DNA of 64,000 nt from Bifidobacterium sp. (GCA_022649135.1 JALCNP010000006.1:31379-95378); one strand, 5' to 3'. Counted from the first letter of the stretch, positions 39,356 to 49,679 are shown. Numbers and translations are program-made. Notes: generated by a model from the sequence alone, not told the origin.

Positions 39356-42331
39356 TTACTCCTGGGGGACGATCGACACGATCTTCGGCGCCTTGACGAT
39401 CACCTTTCTCGGGGCCTTGCCCCCGAGCCGGTCGGCCACGGCCTCAAGGGCCATGGCCTGGAGCTTTCCGGGGTCGATGTCCGCACTCACCTCCAGCTTT
39501 GCCCTCACCTTGCCTTTTATCTGGACGACGGCTGTGACTGTATCCTCGCCCACATAACGCGGATCCGCAACAGGCCAGGGCTCATGGGCAAGACTGTGCC
39601 CATGCCCGAGCCTGCTCCACAGCTCCTCGCAGATATGGGGGGCGATGGGAGAGAGCATGAGTATCAAAGGCTCCACCACACTGCGGGGGACCTCGCTCAT
39701 GGAGGTGAGATGGTTGTTGAGCACGATGAGCCGGGCTATCGCCGTATTGGGTCTCATCGCCTCCATCTCCACGGTCACGTCGGCGATCACGTTGTTGAGA
39801 AGCTTGACAGTTGCGAAATCGGGTTCGTCGTCGCTGACATGGGTGACGCCGGTCGTCTCGTCGACGACATTGCGCCACAGCCGCTGAAGAAAGCGCATTC
39901 CCCCGATGACGTTCTTCGTGTTCCATGGCCTGGACTCGGCCAGCGGCCCCATGCTCATCTCATACAGGCGGAAGCTGTCGGCACCGTAGTTCTCGTACAT
40001 ATCGTCGGGGGTGATGATGTTCTTGAGGCTTTTGCCCATTTTGCCGAACTCGCGGCTCACCCGCCGGCCCTTCCACAGGAAGGTGGGCTTTCCGGCGACG
40101 TCCTCCCCCTGCTCCACCTCGGAGGCGGGCACGTACTGACCGCGGTCATCGGTGTAGGCATATGCCTGGATCATGCCCTGGTTGAACAGCTTGTGGAACG
40201 GCTCGGGGGAATCCACGAACCCCAGGTCGTAAAGGACCTTGTGCCAGAAGCGCGAATACAGCAGATGGAGCACCGCATGCTCGACACCGCCCACATACAG
40301 GTCGACGCCGCCCGACTTTCCCGAGATAGCGTTGTGGTTGGGGCCCATCCAGTAGTCGTATTCGTCGCGCTCCACCATGTGCTCGCGGTCGTGGGGATCA
40401 AGATAGCGCATGTAGTACCAGCACGACCCGGCCCAGTTGGGCATGGTGTTGGTGTCCCTGTAATAGGTCTGCGGGCCGTGGCCGAGGTCGAGGGTGACCT
40501 TCACCCAATCCTCGTTGCGGCTCAGGGGGGCCTCGGGGTTCGACTGGGAGTCCTGCGGGTCGAAGGTCTTGGGGCTGTAGTCGGGAACGTCCGGGAGCTT
40601 GACCGGAAGCTGGTCGTCGGGCAGAAGATGGGCCACGCCCTCACTGTCGTACACAATCGGGAAGGGCTCGCCCCAGTATCGCTGACGGGAGAACAGCCAG
40701 TCCCGCAGACGATAGCTCACCGTGCCTTTTCCGACTCCGGAGGATTCGAGCCAGGCATTGACCTTGTCGATGGCCGCGGCCACGGTCAGCCCGTTGATGT
40801 CGAGAACATCGCCGGCCGCGGCTGTCGACTCCGCCCTCGAATTGATGACCACGCCGTCATGGGAGACGAAGGGGGCTCGTCCTTCGTAGTTCTCCAGATC
40901 ATCGCCCGAATCGGGAAGCGGTTTGACCGTGTAGATGACGGGCAGAGAGAATTTCATCGCGAAATCGTAGTCGCGCTGGTCGCCTCCGGGAACGGCCATG
41001 ATCGCACCGGTGCCGTAGTCCATCAGCACGTAATCGGCGGTGAACAGGGGAAGGCGGGCGCCGGTGATGGGGTTGACGGCGTAGAGACCGGTGAACACAC
41101 CCGTTTTGTCCCCGGACTCGTTGACCCGGTCCTTGGCCGTCTTCCTCTCCGCCGCCTCGCGATATGCGCGAACCGCCGCGCGCGGATCGGCGTATCCGGC
41201 CTTCCACGTCTCCTCGGTGCCTTCGGGCCATCGGGAGGGGACGAACTCGAGAAGGTCATGCTCCGGCGACACCACGGCGAATGTTGTTCCGAACAGGGTG
41301 TCCGGACGGGTGGTATAGACCTCCATGTCCTTGTCGCCATCCGGCGTGGAGACCGCGAAGTGAACCGAGGCGCCGTGGGACTCTCCGATCCAGTTGCGTT
41401 GCATGATCTTGACCTTCTCCGGCCAGTCGATCGTGTCGAGATCGGCGATCAGACGGTGTCCATATGCGGTGATCCGCATCGACCACTGCCTCAGCTCCCG
41501 CTGGAAGACCGGGAAATCGCCGCGTTCGGACCGTCCGTCGGCGGTGACCTCCTCGTTGGCGAGAACCGTGCCCAGGCCGGGGCACCAATTCACCGGGGAC
41601 CGGGAGATGTAGGCGAGACGGAAATCATTGAGCACATCGGCCTGTTCGTGATCGTTCAGGGACCCCCACGAACGATGGGGGAATCCGGGAATCGGCCTTG
41701 AGCCGGAGGCAAAGGAATCGACAAGCTCCGCGATGGGCCGGGCGGACCCCCTGCCTCCGTCGGCGCGCACATAGTCGGGGTCATACCAGGCATCGTAGAT
41801 CCGTGAGAAGATCCACTGCGTCCACCGCATGTAATCCGGATCGATGGTCGCGAACGACCTGCGGTCGTCGAAGCTCAGACCCATGCGATGCAGCTGACGA
41901 CGCATGTTGGCGATGTTGGCCTCCGTCGTCACGCGTGGATGCTGTCCCGTCTGCACGGCGTACTGCTCGGCCGGCAGACCGAAGGCGTCATACCCCATCG
42001 CATGAAGCACGTTCTCGCCCTTCATACGGTGGAAGCGGCTCACCACATCCGTGGCGAGGTATCCGAGCGGGTGCCCGACGTGCAGCCCCTTCCCCGAGGG
42101 ATAGGGGAACATGTCCATGGCGAAATACGACGGGCGGCCCTGCGCATTGCGGCCGGTGCCGTCCGTGAGGTCGCCGGAGACGTTCGCCGCCCAGAAGGTT
42201 CCCTCGTCATCCCAGATTTTCTGCCATTTACCCTCTATCGTCTGCGCGAGTTCGGCGTTGTACCGGAACCGCGGATCGGATGGCTGGCTGGCGTGTGATT
42301 GATCGCTCTTCTCGTTGACACTCATAGACAA
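39356..42331 (-). CDS. leuS: leucine--tRNA ligase
   Basis: 991 aa with the HIGH-type LHVGHPLGY and the KMSKS-type FGKMGKSLKN motifs. Confidence 0.97.
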   Translation of the reverse strand: MSMSVNEKSDQSHASQPSDPRFRYNAELAQTIEGKWQKIWDDEGTFWAANVSGDLTDGTGRNAQGRPSYFAMDMFPYPSGKGLHVGHPLGYLATDVVSRFHRMKGENVLHAMGYDAFGLPAEQYAVQTGQHPRVTTEANIANMRRQLHRMGLSFDDRRSFATIDPDYMRWTQWIFSRIYDAWYDPDYVRADGGRGSARPIAELVDSFASGSRPIPGFPHRSWGSLNDHEQADVLNDFRLAYISRSPVNWCPGLGTVLANEEVTADGRSERGDFPVFQRELRQWSMRITAYGHRLIADLDTIDWPEKVKIMQRNWIGESHGASVHFAVSTPDGDKDMEVYTTRPDTLFGTTFAVVSPEHDLLEFVPSRWPEGTEETWKAGYADPRAAVRAYREAAERKTAKDRVNESGDKTGVFTGLYAVNPITGARLPLFTADYVLMDYGTGAIMAVPGGDQRDYDFAMKFSLPVIYTVKPLPDSGDDLENYEGRAPFVSHDGVVINSRAESTAAAGDVLDINGLTVAAAIDKVNAWLESSGVGKGTVSYRLRDWLFSRQRYWGEPFPIVYDSEGVAHLLPDDQLPVKLPDVPDYSPKTFDPQDSQSNPEAPLSRNEDWVKVTLDLGHGPQTYYRDTNTMPNWAGSCWYYMRYLDPHDREHMVERDEYDYWMGPNHNAISGKSGGVDLYVGGVEHAVLHLLYSRFWHKVLYDLGFVDSPEPFHKLFNQGMIQAYAYTDDRGQYVPASEVEQGEDVAGKPTFLWKGRRVSREFGKMGKSLKNIITPDDMYENYGADSFRLYEMSMGPLAESRPWNTKNVIGGMRFLQRLWRNVVDETTGVTHVSDDEPDFATVKLLNNVIADVTVEMEAMRPNTAIARLIVLNNHLTSMSEVPRSVVEPLILMLSPIAPHICEELWSRLGHGHSLAHEPWPVADPRYVGEDTVTAVVQIKGKVRAKLEVSADIDPGKLQAMALEAVADRLGGKAPRKVIVKAPKIVSIVPQE

Positions 42332-42367
42332 GGATTATCACCACGCAACTGGACACCGCGCACGCGC

Positions 42368-43210
42368 CTAATCAGTATTCGAACGCATGACCGGAGGATT
42401 GAGCGCGGGATCCATCGTGTAGTGTATGTCGTTCTGCATGGTTTCCACGGCCTGCCGCCAACTGCCGTCCCTGACCATGGAGCGCAGCGCCGCCAGTATT
42501 TTGCTTGAAAGCTCCGGGTCCCCGTAATGGACGCGAATCGCATAGGGCACCTGCGCGAAGGGCCTGCCGACCATGGACAGGTACTGCCGCCCCTTCGACT
42601 TCATCAGACCGGAGATGACGGCGTCATCCGCGCTGACCGCATCGGCCTCGCCGGCAAGAAGAGCCGTCACGCACTGGGAATAGGTGTCCCGTATCTGGAT
42701 GGTCACGCCATGCACCGCCGCGACGATGTTCGCGTCGGCCCCGCTTCCCCGGGCCGTGCACACGATCCTGTCCGCGAGGGACTGCACTCCGGTTATCGCC
42801 GCGCGGCTGTCGCGCCTGATCAGCAGGTCCTGGCGCGCCACGAAATACGGGCCCGCATACTGCAGCCCCCAGCGCTGCCGGGCGTCCATCGGCAGGGAGG
42901 AGACCACCATGTCCACCCTGCCGGCGTCGAGCATGGACTGGGCGGTCTGGGGGGTGATGGATTTGAACACTATCTGTTTTCTCGCGTATCCCAGCACCTT
43001 CGCCACATATTGGGCGACATCGACGTCGAAGCCAGAATAGTCGCCGTCATGGAGCAGACCGAGCCCCGGAAGGTCCCGGGGAACCCCCACCGCGATGGTG
43101 GGGCCGTCGGGCTGGCCGAAAACGGGGGCGCTCGTATCGCAGCCTCCCAGCGAGCCCGCCAGCATCAGGGCGCACAGAATAGCCGCGGCCGACCTTCTCC
43201 AACGTTGCAT
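42368..43210 (-). CDS. amino-acid ABC transporter substrate-binding lipoprotein (family 3)
   Basis: Lipobox SLGGC with a family-3 binding-protein fold signature. No permease or ATPase gene is adjacent. Confidence 0.8.
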   Translation of the reverse strand: MQRWRRSAAAILCALMLAGSLGGCDTSAPVFGQPDGPTIAVGVPRDLPGLGLLHDGDYSGFDVDVAQYVAKVLGYARKQIVFKSITPQTAQSMLDAGRVDMVVSSLPMDARQRWGLQYAGPYFVARQDLLIRRDSRAAITGVQSLADRIVCTARGSGADANIVAAVHGVTIQIRDTYSQCVTALLAGEADAVSADDAVISGLMKSKGRQYLSMVGRPFAQVPYAIRVHYGDPELSSKILAALRSMVRDGSWRQAVETMQNDIHYTMDPALNPPVMRSNTD

Positions 43211-43298
43211 GCCACCACCTCACACTTCAGCCTTAAAAATCGCACCAGCGCGAGACAAACGACGAGGACGCCCCGGCGGGCCGGAGATCCCGCCCGCG

Positions 43299-44249
43299 CT
43301 ATTTGAACAGCCTCGATCTGGTAAGGAACCACGTCACGATTCCGGAGAGAACCACGGAGAGAAGGACGATCACGATGAAGCCCGTACGGCTGTTCGTGAA
43401 GGGCATCCCCAGCATCCCCTGCTGGAAGTTCATGCCGTACATGGAGAAGATCAGCGTGGGAATGGACAGGGTGATCGAGATGATGGTGAATATCCTCATG
43501 ACGTTGTTGAGGTTGTTCGACACGATGGAGGCGAAGGCATCGGTCATGTTCGTCAGAACCCCGCTGTAGATGTTCGACATCTCGATGGCCTGCTTGTTCT
43601 CGGTGATCACGTCGTCGAGCAGCTCCTCGTCCTCGGGGTACTGCTTGATGCGCGACAGGACGTTGAGCTTTTCCATGACCATCTCGTTCGATTTGAGGCT
43701 TGTCGTGAAATACACCAGCGTCTTGCTCAACTCCAGGAGCATGAGTATCTCGCGGTTCTGCATGGAATGCCGCAGCTTGAGCTCGAGCCGATCGCTTTCC
43801 CTGTCGATTATTCTCAGATAGCGCAGGTAGGTCGTCGCGTTGCGGTAGAGGATCTGCAGAATGAAACGGGATTTCATGAAGGTGTTGAAACCCCTGATCT
43901 TGCCCTCCATGAAGGGGTGGAGCACGGACGTGTCCTGCATGCACACGGTGATGATGAGGCTCTGGGTGACGATGATCGAAAGAGGAATGGTCTCGTACCA
44001 GTCACGCCCGCCGCGTTCCTCCACGGTGGGGATGTCGACGATGATCATCGTGTAGTCGTCCTCGACATCGATGCGCGAGCGCTCCTCGTCATCCAGGGGA
44101 GCCCTCAGATCCGCCAGATCGATGCCGGTGGACTGCGCGACGCCGGCGAGCTCCGCGTCGGTGGGTTCGGAGAGACATAACCACGCGCCGTCCTGAGGTT
44201 TGTCTATCTGCTCCGTCTGACCATTGATGGTACTGAACATTCGTAACAT
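43299..44249 (-). CDS. corA: CorA family magnesium/cobalt transporter
   Basis: YGMNF motif followed by two C-terminal TM helices. I trimmed to the ATG at 44249; 44240 is also possible. Confidence 0.9.
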   Translation of the reverse strand: MLRMFSTINGQTEQIDKPQDGAWLCLSEPTDAELAGVAQSTGIDLADLRAPLDDEERSRIDVEDDYTMIIVDIPTVEERGGRDWYETIPLSIIVTQSLIITVCMQDTSVLHPFMEGKIRGFNTFMKSRFILQILYRNATTYLRYLRIIDRESDRLELKLRHSMQNREILMLLELSKTLVYFTTSLKSNEMVMEKLNVLSRIKQYPEDEELLDDVITENKQAIEMSNIYSGVLTNMTDAFASIVSNNLNNVMRIFTIISITLSIPTLIFSMYGMNFQQGMLGMPFTNSRTGFIVIVLLSVVLSGIVTWFLTRSRLFK

Positions 44250-44483
44250 ATGCCTATTCACCCGCCTTCCACGTTGTTGCAATGCACCGTATGGCTCTCT
44301 GCGCCGCTGCGCCCCGGCGGCATCCCGGCATCCCCCCGCGGGGAGCGCACATGATTCCCGGGTCGCGACGAGCCGGCCTGCCGTGCAGCCCCACACAAGG
44401 ATAGTCCCTCATGCCCGTCGGCACGAACAACGCATTTTGCGCGGGTGGCGCGACGTATGCCATGCGGCACCACGCCACGTCGG

Positions 44484-45311
44484 TTATGGAATCTGCCTCC
44501 ACATCGGCATGCCGGGATTGCGCAGGTCCGCCGGGCCGTTCTCCCAGTCGACGAAACGCGCGATCTGGGGGCCCTGATCGAATTCGTCGAGATGCCAGTT
44601 CACACCGCCGTCGGATCGATGCACGACACTCATCGTCGACCAGAAGGCGTTGCGCATGGCGCTGAGGTTGTTCCCCCCGTCCGGCTCGATGCCGAGCAGC
44701 ACCCCTATCGCCGCCACTATCCACGACCCGTGGCCGACGATGACGAGCGTCTGCGACTGATCGCTCTGCTGCGAGGAGGCGACGAGATCCTCGACGGCCT
44801 TTGCGCCCCGGACCCCGACCTCCTCACGACTCTCCACCCCATAGCGCTTTTCCCCGCCCATGGTGGTCTTCCACGACTCATAGGCATCGGCGTCCATGTC
44901 GTGTATCTCCCGACGGCTGAGCCCCTCCCACCTGCCGAAGCTGCGCTCGCGCAAACGGGGGTCAAGGGCGACCGGAAGGCCGAGGATGTCGGCGAAGGCA
45001 TGAGCCGTCTGCTGCGCCCGGAACAGATCGGAGGATACGACCCGCATCACCCTGTGGGAGGCGGGGGCCTGCCGATATTCATCGATGCTGCTGTCCCTCA
45101 CGGCGTTCGCACCCGGATGTGCCAATGCCGAGGGATTGCGGGCCACGAAGCTGACCTTGGCCCAATAGAAACGCTTGGCAAGCTCCAGAGCGGTTTGATC
45201 CGCCTGCCACTGACCGACGATGTCCAGGGGCACGTCGATCTGCCCCTGCAGCCGCCGCTCGAGGTTGAACGAGGTTCTTCCATGCCGTAGAAACACCACT
45301 TCGTCAATCAT
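44484..45311 (-). CDS. histidine phosphatase family protein (phosphoglycerate-mutase-like)
   Basis: Catalytic motif FLRHGRTSFN and a later GHGSW. I trimmed to the ATG at 45311. Confidence 0.82.
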   Translation of the reverse strand: MIDEVVFLRHGRTSFNLERRLQGQIDVPLDIVGQWQADQTALELAKRFYWAKVSFVARNPSALAHPGANAVRDSSIDEYRQAPASHRVMRVVSSDLFRAQQTAHAFADILGLPVALDPRLRERSFGRWEGLSRREIHDMDADAYESWKTTMGGEKRYGVESREEVGVRGAKAVEDLVASSQQSDQSQTLVIVGHGSWIVAAIGVLLGIEPDGGNNLSAMRNAFWSTMSVVHRSDGGVNWHLDEFDQGPQIARFVDWENGPADLRNPGMPMWRQIP

Positions 45312-45468
45312 GAGACCTGAGACCCCTATCGTTCGAATGTCCGGCTGAGATGCGTCCGCCGTTGTCGCGGGGCATACGCCACCGAGCGGCGGTCGGAACA
45401 CGGCCGTGCGCGATCGTGGCGACCCCGCATGACCGTGTCACATGATAGCCGAAGGCGGGGAACATCCC

Positions 45469-46521
45469 TCATCGGTGCATGCCGGCGAGTGCGGGCAGCT
45501 GTGCCAGGACCCAGATGATCGCGATCGCGTAATAGGGCCACATGTGCGCCCGGCTGATGGCGATGAACTCCCGTATGAATGCGGCAGGCCAGTAATAGCT
45601 CGCGGTATGGCTCCCTATCCCATCCGCGCGAAGGCCGAGACGGTGCGCATACTCGCAGGCCCTGAGCACGTGGTAGTCGCTGGTGACCAAGGCCGCGCGG
45701 TACGGCTGCGCGCCGCCGGAACTGGAGGCGGGGGCGGAACCCGGCGCGGCGACGCTCCGGGCGTCGATGATCCGCTTGCAATTGCGCAGGTTCTCGTACG
45801 TCGTCGTGGAACGGTCCTCCATCATGATCGAGTCGCGGGCAATGCCCAGGTCCTTGACAAGATAGTCCCGCATCGCCTGCGCCTCGCTGACGACCTCATC
45901 GGCCCCCTGCCCGCCGGAAACGATAATCGTTCCCCGGCGGCCCTGTCGGTTCCACAGCTGGACGGCCTTGTCAAGCCTGCCCTTGAGCAGCGGAGTGGGA
46001 CGGTCGGCGTTCAGACCAGCCCCATGCACGATGATGTAGTCATATCGGCGCTTGCGCGGAAGAATCCTGTAGAACCACGAGTACAGAAGGAGCGCGGCAA
46101 AGGTGAAGAAGAACCACAGCCCCTCGCAGACGATCAGAGCCCCCACGCCGAGAAGCCATCGCGGGGCATGCAGAACAAAGAGGACGGGATAGAAAACGAG
46201 GTAGGCGCTCAGCGCCAGGGCGAGCAGCGCGGGAAGCAGCGTGGCGAGAGACACCCCCTCATGGCGGATCACCACCAGGGCGTTGACGCTCAGAAAAACG
46301 ATGACCGTCAGCGGCGTCAGCGCCACGACCACCAGCAGCGGCAGAACCATCCACTCCTGTGCGAACCGCATGAGCAGCGTGGCGGACAGCGTCATGACGA
46401 ACAGCAGCAGCCATATCGCGTTTCGAAACTGGCGTGGCTCGCGGTGAAAGGACACCAGGAACAGCGCGCCCAGCACGACGCTCGGCGAATACACCGCGAC
46501 AAGCTCCCAGAAGACGCTCAT
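45469..46521 (-). CDS. YdcF/SanA (DUF218) family membrane protein
   Basis: Five or six N-terminal TM helices, then a DUF218 domain (IIVHGAGL, IIVSGGQG). The ATG at 46521 is preceded by GAGGGAGG. Confidence 0.8.
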   Translation of the reverse strand: MSVFWELVAVYSPSVVLGALFLVSFHREPRQFRNAIWLLLFVMTLSATLLMRFAQEWMVLPLLVVVALTPLTVIVFLSVNALVVIRHEGVSLATLLPALLALALSAYLVFYPVLFVLHAPRWLLGVGALIVCEGLWFFFTFAALLLYSWFYRILPRKRRYDYIIVHGAGLNADRPTPLLKGRLDKAVQLWNRQGRRGTIIVSGGQGADEVVSEAQAMRDYLVKDLGIARDSIMMEDRSTTTYENLRNCKRIIDARSVAAPGSAPASSSGGAQPYRAALVTSDYHVLRACEYAHRLGLRADGIGSHTASYYWPAAFIREFIAISRAHMWPYYAIAIIWVLAQLPALAGMHR

Positions 46522-46786
46522 TGACCTACCTCCCTCGGCGAGGCGTTTCCGACCGATCCCCGCCGGAGACGCCCCCGTTGGAAACGCCCCGCGATCCGGG
46601 ACACATCCGCCCGACCACGCCCGGCCGCACGTCGACCGTCCCGTGTCCTCCACACTATCATCACGAAAGAAGCGGGCAATCATCCCCAGGTATGCGTGTG
46701 TTCGCACCAAGGGCGGGCTGAGGGCGGTCGCAGGGACGGCTCCGGCCCGCACAAGACCTCCACCTCGGACGGGGTAGACACCGTGC

Positions 46787-47842
46787 CTAGTGGATCACGT
46801 CGGAAGGGAACAGGCCCCGCGCATATTCGTCATCGTGGTCGGGGTCGGGCGCGATGACAACCGGGTTCGTTCGCGACCGCGCAACGCTCAGCTCGGGAAT
46901 CCTGGCGTAGTTCTCCTCGACCTTGGCGCAGGAGTTGAGAAAACCCTCAAGCTCATCATGGGGCAGGTCGAGCTCGTAGATCTCCTCCACGCCCCCGTTT
47001 CCGATCACCGCCGGCGTGGAGATGTAGAAGCCGGACTTCCCGTACTGTCCGTCGAGCTGCGCGGAGACGGGAAGGACCGCGCGTTCGTTATGGACGATGG
47101 CCCGTGCGATCCGTGCGGCCGAGTTGGCGATGGCATATTCGGTGCAGTGCTTGCCGGCATACGAGACATAGCCGCCCTGGAGAGCACGCTTTTCGTATTC
47201 CGCCCTGTCAAGGCCATAGCGGTCAGGATCGACGGCCTCCAGACGGGCCAGCGGAACGCCGCCTATGGTCAGGTGGGACCAGGCGGCTATTTCGGAGAAG
47301 CCATGCTCCCCGATCATGTAGGCGCAGATGGACTGGGGGGCGATCCCCGTGGCCAGAGAGATGACAGAGACAAGACGCGCCGAGTCCAGACAGGTTCCGG
47401 TACCCATGACGCGCTGCGGGGGCAGCCCGGACAGACGCTGGATTTCGCGCGTCACCACGTCATTGGGGTTGCTCACGTCGATCCAGAACCCGTCGAATCC
47501 CGCCGCGGCTATACGCCCCACAAAGGTTCGGGCTATGCGTACCCCTGCATACAGCTCGCCGTCGCGATTGGTCCCGGCAAGCGTGACATGGCCCGCCGAG
47601 TTGATGATGATATCGCATGAGGCAAGCCGTTCGTATTCATCGCCGCAGTCGAACACGCGGACGCGATGGGGGGCGAAGGCCACGGAATCGTTGAGATCCT
47701 GGACCTCAGATGCCAGCTTCCTTCGATTCACGTCACACATGTGGATCTCGTCCGCAATGCCCTGCATGATGAGGCTGTTCGCCACATGCGGGCCCACATG
47801 GCCCACCCCCACGATACCAATCTTCACCGGTGCTGCCGTCAT
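46787..47842 (-). CDS. L-lactate / L-2-hydroxyacid dehydrogenase family protein, with a ~35-aa C-terminal extension
   Basis: Rossmann motif IGIVGVGHVG, substrate Arg in LDSARL and catalytic His in IGEHG. The ATG at 47842 is preceded by GGGAGAGG. Confidence 0.88.
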   Translation of the reverse strand: MTAAPVKIGIVGVGHVGPHVANSLIMQGIADEIHMCDVNRRKLASEVQDLNDSVAFAPHRVRVFDCGDEYERLASCDIIINSAGHVTLAGTNRDGELYAGVRIARTFVGRIAAAGFDGFWIDVSNPNDVVTREIQRLSGLPPQRVMGTGTCLDSARLVSVISLATGIAPQSICAYMIGEHGFSEIAAWSHLTIGGVPLARLEAVDPDRYGLDRAEYEKRALQGGYVSYAGKHCTEYAIANSAARIARAIVHNERAVLPVSAQLDGQYGKSGFYISTPAVIGNGGVEEIYELDLPHDELEGFLNSCAKVEENYARIPELSVARSRTNPVVIAPDPDHDDEYARGLFPSDVIH

Positions 47843-48230
47843 CGACCTCTCCCTTCGTCTGGACCCTGTCAATGACTAGAATACACACCCCCAGCCGCCG
47901 TATGCTCCCGCCCGGACATAAACGGAGGGGATCATGCACGACGATGGAAACGTGGCGACATTCAATGACGGCGACTGCGGCACAGACCGCAGCACGGCAT
48001 CAAGCGGACCGTGTCTGCGCTGCCGGTCCGCGACCGATGCGGCCCCACGACCACAGGGCATCATTACAGCACCGGATGACCACGTCCGCCATGCGCCTCT
48101 TCCGCATAGTCTCCCGTAAGGCAATCAGCCCGCGACAGCCACCGACAACGGCCCGGGAACGCAGAAGACGAATGAGCCGCGATACGCACAACCCGCAACG
48201 CCATCGTTGCCGTTCCGACGGAGACCACAA

Positions 48231-48263
48231 CGGAAAAGGGCCGTCCCTTTCGGAACGGCCCTT
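48231..48263 (-). terminator. intrinsic terminator downstream of tRNA-Ala
   Basis: The minus strand reads AAGGGCCGTTCCGAAAGGGACGGCCCTTTTCC: an 11-bp stem with one bulge, then a T-run. Confidence 0.65.
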
Positions 48264-48270
48264 GTATCTG

Positions 48271-48343
48271 TGGAGCTAGGGAGATTCGAACTCCCGACCC
48301 TCTCCATGCCATGGAGATGCGCTACCAGCTGCGCCATAGCCCC
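48271..48343 (-). tRNA. tRNA-Ala (GGC)
   Basis: The reverse complement folds as a cloverleaf with acceptor GGGGCTA/TAGCTCC including the G3:U70 Ala identity pair, anticodon loop ATGGCAT (GGC) and T-arm GGGAGTTCGAATCTCCC. CCA is not encoded. Confidence 0.95.
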
Positions 48344-48496
48344 GAAACTAAATCAACCCGACCTCAACGGGCCTCATATAGGCTACATCGTCACCCGTCT
48401 CGCGGCAAACCGGCGTGTCGTCGAACGAGGGAGGAAGGGCGGGACTCCGGGCAAACGCGGCTCTCTTCATGTCCATCGATGACGCTGTCCGGCGTT

Positions 48497-48550
48497 GCGC
48501 TCCCCCGGGTTCGAACCCGTGAGCGCACGACCCGCATGGCACGGTCGTGC
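48497..48550 (-). terminator. two overlapping GC-rich hairpins downstream of the 48587..49585 gene
   Basis: Hairpin A (48497-48526) has GCGCTC...GAGCGC around the palindrome CGGGTTCGAACCCG. Hairpin B (48525-48550) pairs GCACGACC with GGTCGTGC. The two share 2 nt, so they are mutually exclusive. Confidence 0.4.
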
Positions 48551-48586
48551 ATCGGTACGAGGTCGGGGAAACGACCGGCCGCAGGC

Positions 48587-49585
48587 TCAGTTCGACCCGC
48601 TGGTTGCGGTCGAGGTGGAGCCGCTGCTGGCGGTCGGGGAGCTCGAGGCTCCGGACGTCGAGCCGTTCCCGGAGGTGGCGGTGGACCCGGAACCGGAATC
48701 CGTGGTGTCCGAGCTCCCGGGGGTGGGCGTGCTGCTCGGCGAACTGCCCGATGTCGCGGTGGACCCGCTTCCCGCAGAGGGGCGCGGACTGCTCGAGGCT
48801 GTGGAACCCGAGCCTTTCCCGGACCCGGAGTCCTCCTGGGCGGAATACGACGCGCTCGGTGAATCTAGGCCGTCCTGCTGGGGCCGGGGGCTTTTCTTCG
48901 TCTGCGAGCTGCTGACCAGATCCCGCACCACGCTGTCGGTGCCCTGGCCGCGCGTGACGATGTTGATCACACCCGCCGTGATGGCAACGGCCACGAGCGC
49001 GCTGGCGACGGCGACCACGATCGCAATGACGCCCTTGCGCTGCCTGGCGCTCAGCTTGTGCGACGAGCGCGCGCTGAGATGACCGGCATGGATGACATGA
49101 GGCTTCCCGCCTTTCTGGGAGTCCGCCATCCCCCGTCCGCCGGCGGGCGCATGCTCCCCGGAGGATGCGAAGGACGAGGAACCGGAAGTCGCGGATGGGG
49201 ACGACGAGGGACGGGCGCCGTTGGACGATGCGACACGGGGCTTGCGCCCCTGGCTTGGATTCGTTGCGTCCCCGTCATCCTTCGCCGCCGTCGCTTCGGG
49301 GGAACCGGAACCGTCTGCGCCGGCATCTCCCGTGTCCGTCGTGGAGAACGGTGTGGCGTTCTGAATCTTCTTCGAGGATTCCTTCAAGACATTTTGGTAT
49401 ATCTGCGAGGCGACGGCGGAGACGATGGACCCGATCGCCACCCCGATCACGGATCCGGCGATGCCGATTTTGGCCGCGAGCAGGAAGGAGGTGACCGCCG
49501 CCAAAGCTCCCGCCAGGATCTGGGATAGCGAAATTCCCTTGAAAAAATTCTTCACACTGAATGACGATAATCGAAAGAGCTTCAC
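48587..49585 (-). CDS. hypothetical membrane protein with a Ser/Gly/Thr-rich low-complexity C-terminal region
   Basis: 332 aa with two predicted TM segments (residues ~25-60 and ~200-222). The last ~100 aa are SGS/TAT repeats (GSGSTATSG occurs twice). No family recognised. Confidence 0.6.
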   Translation of the reverse strand: MKLFRLSSFSVKNFFKGISLSQILAGALAAVTSFLLAAKIGIAGSVIGVAIGSIVSAVASQIYQNVLKESSKKIQNATPFSTTDTGDAGADGSGSPEATAAKDDGDATNPSQGRKPRVASSNGARPSSSPSATSGSSSFASSGEHAPAGGRGMADSQKGGKPHVIHAGHLSARSSHKLSARQRKGVIAIVVAVASALVAVAITAGVINIVTRGQGTDSVVRDLVSSSQTKKSPRPQQDGLDSPSASYSAQEDSGSGKGSGSTASSSPRPSAGSGSTATSGSSPSSTPTPGSSDTTDSGSGSTATSGNGSTSGASSSPTASSGSTSTATSGSN

Positions 49586-49679
49586 GCGAGCTTAGCGCCG
49601 CGTGAAAACTGCGAAACCATCACACCCCGGGAAGCGGCCCCGGATGTCGCGAGCGAGGCTGTCCGTGATGGCGGTGGTT

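Noticed and set aside
44250-44483. A possible Mg-sensing (M-box) leader upstream of corA.
   Set aside because: I could not recognise any M-box consensus elements in the 234-nt spacer. The idea came only from the gene's function.
48497-48526. A GGGTTCGAACCCG sequence resembling a tRNA or tmRNA T-arm near tRNA-Ala, which could have been a tRNA remnant or att site.
   Set aside because: It is a perfect 14-nt palindrome with a 6-nt centre. It cannot form a 5-bp stem with a 7-nt T-loop on either strand. No acceptor or anticodon arm can be built around it, and the gap is too short for tmRNA.
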